Below, one piece after another: positions 25,131-30,992 of a stretch of DNA of 30,992 nt (position 1 is its first letter; each line of letters begins with the position of its first letter). A program made the position numbers and the translations under genes. Below the pieces are notes generated by a model. That model searched no databases. It was not told where the DNA came from and saw nothing but the letters and a program-made list of their open reading frames with translations. The stretch is from an uncultured Spirochaetales bacterium (lineage in GTDB: Bacteria > Spirochaetota > Spirochaetia > CAYLLE01): assembly GCA_964618265.1 (NCBI GenBank), contig CAZUAE010000037.1:1-30992 (forward strand). Reading direction: 5' to 3'.

Positions 25131-26126
25131 ATGAGAAAAATACTTGCCGTGGCAGGCAGAGATATAAAAAGCGGTACCCGGGATTTTATCGCGGTGTACA
25201 TTATACTCGCACCGTTCCTGTTAGCTCTTCTACTCCGGGCGCTTATTCCCGCGGCGGGAACAGCGGCGGTCAATATGGCTGTTCCCGCTGAAACGGATGA
25301 ACAATTGGCGGCCTATCTAGAACGGTATGGAAAGGTCGAACGGATAAACAATATTGAAGCCCGGGCAGGTAAATCCGATGATGTTTTCGGTATCCTTCCT
25401 GATAGCGAAGAAAAAAGCTTTACAATCATACGCCAGGGAAATGAAACAGAAGGTACTTTGGAAATGCTTGAGTTCATATTAAATCAATGGGCCAATCCTG
25501 ACATTGAGCTTCCCGTAGAAGTTGTCGTCTCTGACATCGGTTGGAAACTCTCTCCTTTGAAGCAGCAGGGATCTAATTTTCTTATTATTTTCTGTACTAT
25601 TCTTGGGGGAATGATCATCACCTTGAATATTGTGGAAGAGAAGATGAACAATACCCTCTCCGCGGTCAATGTAACAGCCGTTTCCAAACCGCAGTTTGTT
25701 ATTGGAAAAAGCATAATGGGTTTTGCTGTTCCCCTGTTAGGCGCGGCGGGAATTCTGCTTATCATGGGGTTTAAGGGAATCAATTACGGCATGACTGCCG
25801 TTACTGTCTTAAGTGTTTCATTTATCAGTATTATCATCGGTTTTAGTATCGGGGTAGTAAACACCGAGCCTGTCGGTGCTATTGCCGGTATGAAGATGGT
25901 TTTTATTCCTGTATTCGCTTCTTTGTTCGGGGCTATTTTCCTTCCGGAAAAGTGGCATCCGGTTCTGTACTGGTCTCCCTTCTATTGGGCCTACGTTTCC
26001 ATGGACATGATCATTCTCCAGCAAGCGGAATGGCTTATTATTCTACGGAACAGCGGGTTTATACTGCTGATAACAGCTGCTGTATTTGTTGTGCTGAGCA
26101 AACGGATCCGTCAGGGGTTGAGATGA
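25131..26126 (+). CDS. ABC-2 family transporter permease (second, paralogous)
   Basis: GGGAGGA RBS. Same topology: N-terminal TM, about 110-aa loop, then 5-6 TM helices. Confidence 0.7.
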   Translation: MRKILAVAGRDIKSGTRDFIAVYIILAPFLLALLLRALIPAAGTAAVNMAVPAETDEQLAAYLERYGKVERINNIEARAGKSDDVFGILPDSEEKSFTIIRQGNETEGTLEMLEFILNQWANPDIELPVEVVVSDIGWKLSPLKQQGSNFLIIFCTILGGMIITLNIVEEKMNNTLSAVNVTAVSKPQFVIGKSIMGFAVPLLGAAGILLIMGFKGINYGMTAVTVLSVSFISIIIGFSIGVVNTEPVGAIAGMKMVFIPVFASLFGAIFLPEKWHPVLYWSPFYWAYVSMDMIILQQAEWLIILRNSGFILLITAAVFVVLSKRIRQGLR

Positions 26127-26143
26127 TACTGTGCCCCCGCGGG

Positions 26144-26863
26144 TTAACTTTTTCGTTTTTGGTTTATTCGGTCTAAAACGATGTAGACGACCAGGGCCGT
26201 TATGCTCGCGGCCGTCACGATGATAGATCCCGTTATAAGCCGTTCGTTGCTTTCCCCTATATATGCAATGATTGCGGCGAGGGGTGTGATTCCCGCGAAG
26301 GTGGCTATGAGGAACTTCCAAAAGGGGATTTTGATAAGTCCCCCCACAAAACTGATAGTATCATTGGAGAGGATAGGCGAAAGCCGGGTGATCACCACAG
26401 CCCAAAGCCCGTACCGTTCGGAGTAGTATTCGATCTTCTTTTCAGCCCGTTCTCCAACAAGCCGGTAAACAGCGGCTTCCCCTAAAAGCCGTCCCAGCCA
26501 GTAGCCCACCGCCGCTGCCAAGAGAACACTCAAAACTGCCAAGCCACTTCCGAAATACGGCCCGTAGGCAAGAACGGAAATCACCATCAAAAGCGGTGAA
26601 GGTACAATAAAGAGAAACATCTGCACCACCATGGCAGATGGAATAAAGATCGGACCCCAGACACCGAGTGTGTCTACCCAGGCGCTTATCCGTTCTTCGT
26701 CTTCACTGGTGAGTACCCGGTACGCTTCCTTTACAAAGTCGTTTATCTCGGGAATTAGGAAGTAGAGTAAAACAAAAAGTATAATCAGGGTAAGACTAAT
26801 AACTAAGAGGCCCGGGCTTTTTGTCAAATAATAGAAATTCCTACTAGAATTAGTATTAACCAT
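26144..26863 (-). CDS. DedA / SNARE-associated (TVP38/TMEM64) family membrane protein
   Basis: RLSPILSNDTISFVGGLIKIPFWKFLIATFAGITPLAAIIAYIG matches the DedA core motif R(F/L).P..R.....AG......F......G. Multi-TM. Convergent with the ABC-2 operon, with a 17-nt gap. Confidence 0.75.
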   Translation of the reverse strand: MVNTNSSRNFYYLTKSPGLLVISLTLIILFVLLYFLIPEINDFVKEAYRVLTSEDEERISAWVDTLGVWGPIFIPSAMVVQMFLFIVPSPLLMVISVLAYGPYFGSGLAVLSVLLAAAVGYWLGRLLGEAAVYRLVGERAEKKIEYYSERYGLWAVVITRLSPILSNDTISFVGGLIKIPFWKFLIATFAGITPLAAIIAYIGESNERLITGSIIVTAASITALVVYIVLDRINQKRKS

Positions 26864-26994
26864 ACTGCCGCGACTACAAGTATTATAAAAAAGATGATTC
26901 TGGCAATGGCCATGAACCCCCTGGCGATGCCGGTAAACCCGAACAATCCGGAAATCAAAGCCAAAACTAAAAAAAGTATCAGTAACTCAAGCAT
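26824..26994 (-). CDS. UPF0391/DUF1328 (YtjA-like) small membrane protein, 56 aa (absent from the ORF track)
   Basis: Hand translation gives MLELLILFLVLALISGLFGFTGIARGFMAIARIIFFIILVVAAVWLILILVGISII, colinear with E. coli YtjA (..[34 protein letters not shown]). AAAGGAG RBS 6 nt before the ATG. Its 3' end overlaps the DedA start by about 40 nt in another frame. Confidence 0.6.
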   Translation of the reverse strand: MLELLILFLVLALISGLFGFTGIARGFMAIARIIFFIILVVAAVWLILILVGISII

Positions 26995-27174
26995 AGATAT
27001 CTCCTTTCACTTCTAAAGATACTTTTGCTTTAAGGATGAGGCAAGGCTATAGTTTTTCTGTTGAGAATTTTTCATTTTATACCTTTAGGTCACAGAAAGA
27101 GGCGTGATTTTTAAAAAATGCCGTAAAATAATCGAATACAGCAATTTCCGCCGGTCTAAGCCGCCGCTTTTATC

Positions 27175-28110
27175 TTAGGAATTGCTGTTCCGGCTGGCTT
27201 TTCGGTATTCCAAGGGACTGTTCCCGGTTATCTGTTTAAAAACCCGGTTAAAGTGGGTGACATTGTTAAATCCTGCATCCAGGCTGATGTCGATTACCCG
27301 CTTTCCAGTATTGCATAGCCACTCCATGGCTTTTGTAATGCGGTAGCCGTTTAAGTATTCTATAAAGGTTTTTCCCGTAATACCTTTAAAGTAATAACTG
27401 AAATATGACGGTGATAGGCAGAACTTTTCAGCAACCGTATTAAGCCGCAAATTTTTATGGTAATTGTTTTTGATGTATTCTATTGACTGCACAATATTGT
27501 CGCGGTGCTGTTCATAGTCAAAGGTTTCGATATCCCCTTGGCGGTTACTTCTAAGTTTCCGGCCGATTATTATAAGAAGTTTTAAAAGAAGAGATTTGGT
27601 TAAATGCTTGTATCCAATTTCTTTCCGCTCGAATTCAGATACAACTTCGTCAAGCAGCCTTTCCACTTCCATCTGTTCCTTCCCTACCAGATGCAGCCGC
27701 GGTTCGATCTGCGATTCCTCACCGAAAAAAGGTTTTATGTATTCAAAATCAAAGAACGAATCAATTTCTTCAGAATTTTTAAAATTCTCGTTGATGAATT
27801 CCGGTTCAAACTCGAATTCTACTATTGTAAGACTATCTTTTTCAGACTGGCGTAGAGAGATCTGATGCGGAAGATAGGGGGGGATAATCAGAATGTCCCC
27901 CTTGGCTATATCGGTGTCCCGGCTGTTTATAAAATGCCTTCCCGATCCTCTAAGCACGTAATTTATTTGGATATATTCGTGCCGGTGAAGCATGGTAGGG
28001 GCTTCGTATATCCTCACGAAGAAACTGCTCTCCGCCCATTTAGTATTGGCGTGCTTAATGAGTCTGACATTTTTGTAGTGATCTTTTTCCAGCGCTTCTA
28101 AAGCGTTCAT
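27175..28110 (-). CDS. AraC-family transcriptional regulator (N-terminal cupin-type sensor + C-terminal double HTH)
   Basis: Cupin-like region (GDILIIPPYLPHQI). C-terminal AraC HTH (LNTVAEKFCLSPSYFSYYFKGITGKTFIEYLNGYRITKAMEWL...GFNNVTHFNRVFKQITGNSPLEYRK). Visibly AT-rich. Divergent from the DegT gene. Confidence 0.85.
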   Translation of the reverse strand: MNALEALEKDHYKNVRLIKHANTKWAESSFFVRIYEAPTMLHRHEYIQINYVLRGSGRHFINSRDTDIAKGDILIIPPYLPHQISLRQSEKDSLTIVEFEFEPEFINENFKNSEEIDSFFDFEYIKPFFGEESQIEPRLHLVGKEQMEVERLLDEVVSEFERKEIGYKHLTKSLLLKLLIIIGRKLRSNRQGDIETFDYEQHRDNIVQSIEYIKNNYHKNLRLNTVAEKFCLSPSYFSYYFKGITGKTFIEYLNGYRITKAMEWLCNTGKRVIDISLDAGFNNVTHFNRVFKQITGNSPLEYRKASRNSNS

Positions 28111-28410
28111 GCGGTGCTACCCCGGGTCAGTTCCGACCTTAAAATAAGTATACCATGAAGAGTGTGTTCAGGAAATAGCTGGATTGATTAAGGGAGGAAT
28201 TCTCATTTTATAAATAGCTGTGATTAAGGTGAATAAGATATGTATAAGAAAAAGTGATAAATGTAAAGCTGATTTTTTGTTACTCATTATAATAAGGGGA
28301 TACTATTGCCAAAATTGTAGTTAACCCGTTTTCGGGTACCTATTATAAGGAATTAACTGCATTTTTTTGCCGAACCATAATTTCTGCAATAGTAAAAAAG
28401 GACCAACGCA

Positions 28411-29673
28411 ATGGAGAAGAAAAAATTAGCAATCCATGGAGGAACCCCCCTCCGGAAAAATCCCTTTCCCGGCAGCAGACCGGGAGCATCCGTGATCGGG
28501 AAAGAGGAGCGGGACGCGGTTCTGGAAGTTCTGGAAAACCGGTCTCTTTTTAGATATTACGGTGAAAAACTGCTTGGAAAGGTCAAGAGCTTTGAAGAGG
28601 CATTTGCTGAAAAAACAGGGGCAAAGTACGCTTTGGGGGTAACGTCAGGGACAGCCGCCCTTGTTGTCGCGTTGAAGGCGCTGAGGATTGGTATAGGAGA
28701 CCATGTCCTTGTGCCGGCTGCGTCTTTCATAGCTACCCCCGCGACAGTTCTCATCGCAGGAGGGATTCCTGGTTTTGTGGATTTAGATAACAGTTTAACC
28801 ATGGATCCCGAGGACTTAGAGCGGAAGATATTACCGGAGACTAAGGCGGTAATTCCTGTTGCCCTTCGGGGTAACCCCTGCAAAATGGATCGAATCATGG
28901 ATGTTGCCTCTAAATATAACCTGCTTGTATTAGAAGATGTTGCTCAGTCATGCGGATCTACATTCCAGGGCAAATACAGCGGTACTTTTGGAAATGCCGG
29001 AGCATTCAGTTTACAGCAGAACAAAATGATAACGACCGGTGACGGCGGCGTTGTTACTACCGATGATCCAAAAGTGTATGAACGGGCTGTCCGGTACCAC
29101 GACGGCGGGATGTTCCGGGAGCGGGAAGGTTTTTTGAATGTGATGAATGACGAACAGATTTTTGCCGGACAGAACTACCGGATGAACGAAATGAGCGGAG
29201 CCGTAGCCCTGGAGCAGCTAAAGAAACTTGATTCCATCATCTCCAGAACAAAAGAGATCATAACAACCTTACGGAATGGTATTGCCGATATTCCGGGAAT
29301 AACTCTATGTGACATGAATGACTTAGATGGCTACGCCGGCAGTACCCTCGTTTTCATGCTTCCTGATAAAAAAATTACAGACAATTTTATCGAAGCTTTA
29401 AAGTCCGAAGGAATACCTTCCGGGAAGATGTACGGCGGCAAACCCCTCTATAGACAGCCGCAGTTTGCTAAAAAGAGAACAATAGAGAGAGATAACTTCC
29501 CCTTCAGCACTACCTTGGGAAAAAAGATTGATTATTCACCCGGTATCTGTCCCCATGCTGAAGATGTTTTAAGACGCAATGTATCTGTCGAAGTGAATCC
29601 GCTTTTTAGCAGAGAGGATACGGAAGATATTTTGAAGGGGATAGAAAAGGTTGCAGATTATTATCTGCGGTAG
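28411..29673 (+). CDS. DegT/DnrJ/EryC1/StrS-family PLP-dependent aminotransferase (sugar/inositol aminotransferase type)
   Basis: GDHVLVPAASFIATPATVLIAGGIPGFVDLD and the overall DegT layout. Length 420 aa. AAGGA RBS. Confidence 0.85.
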   Translation: MEKKKLAIHGGTPLRKNPFPGSRPGASVIGKEERDAVLEVLENRSLFRYYGEKLLGKVKSFEEAFAEKTGAKYALGVTSGTAALVVALKALRIGIGDHVLVPAASFIATPATVLIAGGIPGFVDLDNSLTMDPEDLERKILPETKAVIPVALRGNPCKMDRIMDVASKYNLLVLEDVAQSCGSTFQGKYSGTFGNAGAFSLQQNKMITTGDGGVVTTDDPKVYERAVRYHDGGMFREREGFLNVMNDEQIFAGQNYRMNEMSGAVALEQLKKLDSIISRTKEIITTLRNGIADIPGITLCDMNDLDGYAGSTLVFMLPDKKITDNFIEALKSEGIPSGKMYGGKPLYRQPQFAKKRTIERDNFPFSTTLGKKIDYSPGICPHAEDVLRRNVSVEVNPLFSREDTEDILKGIEKVADYYLR

Positions 29674-29706
29674 CGGTTCCATTATTGCAATGGCAAGGAG
29701 AATACC

Positions 29707-30855
29707 ATGGCACAGATGACGTCAAAAGAAAGAATCAGGGCAGTATTAAAGGGAGAGAAACCCGACCGGGTACCCATCAGCCCGAGAATTTGGGCATGGC
29801 TTACAGAAAGGTACGGGGATAAAACATTCTTGGAGTACCTGCATCTAAAGAAGACTTTCGATTATGATCCATTATTCAGATTGGAACCCGCCCTGCCGGA
29901 TTTTGTCTATGACGTTTTTGGCAACTACAGCATACTTGATGATGTAGCGGTGGACCTCTGCTGCGAACAGAAGGAACGAAAACTCTACGTTAGGAGGACG
30001 ATCAAAACCCCATGCGGAACCCTTACTGATTACTCAATGTATCCTCCTGCGAGCAGGGAGTATGGTATTAATCCCAACCCCGAACGACTCGAACCTCTGA
30101 TTAAAACAGCGGATGACCTGGATAAGTTACAATACATTCTTCCCGACCCTGCTAAGTCCAGTGATGTAAACTACGAACTTGTGGAAGAAATTGTCGGCGA
30201 GGAGGCTTTTGTTTCGGTCCGTCCCCACAAAGGGGTTGCCCACATGATTGCTTTTGCTTTGGGATATGCCGAAAGCCTGATGATGTACTACGACAATAGA
30301 GAACTTCTTAAGGCTGCCGTCAAGACCCTCCATGAGTATTACAAAAAGTGTCTTGTCTTTTCCCTGGAACGGGGAGCCCGTATGATCTACGAGAGCTGGT
30401 ACAACTGCAGTATCAGCTCAGGCTGGTCACCACAAATATACGAGGAGTGTTTTCTGCCCTATATAATTGAAGACGCGGAAACCGTACACCGGTACGGTGC
30501 GTTTTTTCATTTTTATGATGACGGAAAAATAATGCCGGTACTTCATTTTTTGAAGAAGGTAGATATGGACCTGCTCTCTACATTGTGTCCTCCTCCTGCC
30601 GGGGACGTTGACCCGTATACGGTAAAACGGGAAATGGGAAGTATAACCGCTCTTACCGGGTATGTGGATACCGTAACCATGCGTTTCGGAACACCGGAAG
30701 AAGTAGAAAAGCAGGTAAAGGAAGCGATTGAAATACTCGGTAAGGACGGCGGATACCTGTTAGGTACCAGTGATTCTATTCGGGATGAGAGTCCGTACGA
30801 TAATGTCAAAGCCTTTTTTGAGGCAGGTATCAAGTATGGGAGGTATACTTATTAA
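29707..30855 (+). CDS. Uroporphyrinogen decarboxylase (URO-D)/MtaA-family protein
   Basis: N-terminus ERIRAVLKGEKPDRVPISPRIW is the typical URO-D family opener (E..L..L.GE..DR.P). The C-terminal half is colinear with HemE/MtaA. AAGGAGAA RBS. Starts 33 nt after the DegT stop. Confidence 0.7.
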   Translation: MAQMTSKERIRAVLKGEKPDRVPISPRIWAWLTERYGDKTFLEYLHLKKTFDYDPLFRLEPALPDFVYDVFGNYSILDDVAVDLCCEQKERKLYVRRTIKTPCGTLTDYSMYPPASREYGINPNPERLEPLIKTADDLDKLQYILPDPAKSSDVNYELVEEIVGEEAFVSVRPHKGVAHMIAFALGYAESLMMYYDNRELLKAAVKTLHEYYKKCLVFSLERGARMIYESWYNCSISSGWSPQIYEECFLPYIIEDAETVHRYGAFFHFYDDGKIMPVLHFLKKVDMDLLSTLCPPPAGDVDPYTVKREMGSITALTGYVDTVTMRFGTPEEVEKQVKEAIEILGKDGGYLLGTSDSIRDESPYDNVKAFFEAGIKYGRYTY

Positions 30856-30958
30856 ACTGTTGCATAAGGTGCCTGAATCACAAAAGCGGAATCTGCTATG
30901 TATAGAAAACCTGAATTAATTGAAGTTGTCTTCTTCGGATTTTCTTCATTCTTAGCTC

Positions 30959-30970
30959 CATTAGTACAAT
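30959..30970. promoter_or_regulatory. Second copy of the 12-mer CATTAGTACAAT (right half of the GntR operator) at the window edge
   Basis: Exact 12-nt identity with 21649-21660. In about 62 kb of two-strand sequence a random 12-mer match is expected about 0.004 times. The left arm is not present. The window ends 22 nt later. Confidence 0.25.
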
Positions 30971-30992
30971 CCCGCCTGACCCAGGGACCGTG

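Noticed and set aside
26133-26140. CCCGCGGG palindrome between the convergent ABC-2 permease and DedA genes
   Set aside because: An 8-mer self-complementary site cannot form a stable terminator hairpin (no loop, 3-4 bp stem). It is probably incidental.
28240-28257. Mini-ORF ATG-TAT-AAG-AAA-AAG-TGA (MYKKK) with AAGGTGA upstream in the AraC/DegT intergenic region
   Set aside because: Only 5 codons in a very AT-rich region, where such ORFs arise by chance. No supporting conservation visible.
1-30992. Looked for tRNA/rRNA genes, CRISPR repeats, transposase/integrase/recombinase ORFs, toxin-antitoxin pairs and retron-like RT
   Set aside because: I found no T-loop GGTTCGAATCC-type signatures. No regularly spaced direct repeats. 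No ORF with DDE, tyrosine-recombinase or serine-recombinase hallmarks. The compositional heterogeneity is therefore not accompanied by recognisable mobility genes in this window.

Overview
This 31 kb bacterial window has heterogeneous GC and is gene-dense, mostly metabolic and membrane-transport genes. I recognised no rRNA, tRNA, CRISPR array, transposase or integrase. From 5' to 3' it contains: (1) an AMP-forming acyl-CoA ligase; (2) a minus-strand GH3 glycosidase whose two catalytic domains are in swapped (circularly permuted) order, with an orphan AraC-type HTH fragment just upstream of it; (3) a visibly GC-richer Asp-box (BNR) beta-propeller gene followed by a T12 tract; (4) a two-gene heterodimeric ABC exporter (TMD-NBD half-transporters) with one consensus and one degenerate ATP site, ended by a 15-bp perfect hairpin; (5) a YbeD/DUF493-like gene and a signal-peptide-bearing nitroreductase (SagB-type) gene; (6) a tightly coupled five-gene minus-strand operon, transcribed in the order MBL-fold hydrolase, SDR reductase, short URO-D-like protein, class-III aminotransferase, and an 805-aa fusion of an Asp-box-like propeller with a PHP/CehA-type metallohydrolase domain; (7) DUF2267, a lipoprotein, a small membrane protein, a tandem TM2-bPH membrane protein and YqgE/AlgH; (8) a YtrA-type GntR operon (GntR, polytopic SPFH/stomatin protein, ABC-2 ATPase, two ABC-2 permeases) with a recognisable sigma70-like promoter overlapped by a 24-nt palindromic operator; (9) DedA plus a small UPF0391/DUF1328 ORF that is missing from the ORF track; (10) a low-GC AraC regulator divergent from a DegT-family aminotransferase and a URO-D/MtaA-family gene. 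The most notable items are the GntR-SPFH-ABC-2 module, the five-gene operon with its novel propeller-PHP fusion, and the fact that an aminotransferase/URO-D-like pair occurs at two separate loci. All functional calls come from motif-level reading of the translations. No database search was run. Coordinates may be off by 1-2 nt where I refined start sites by eye.
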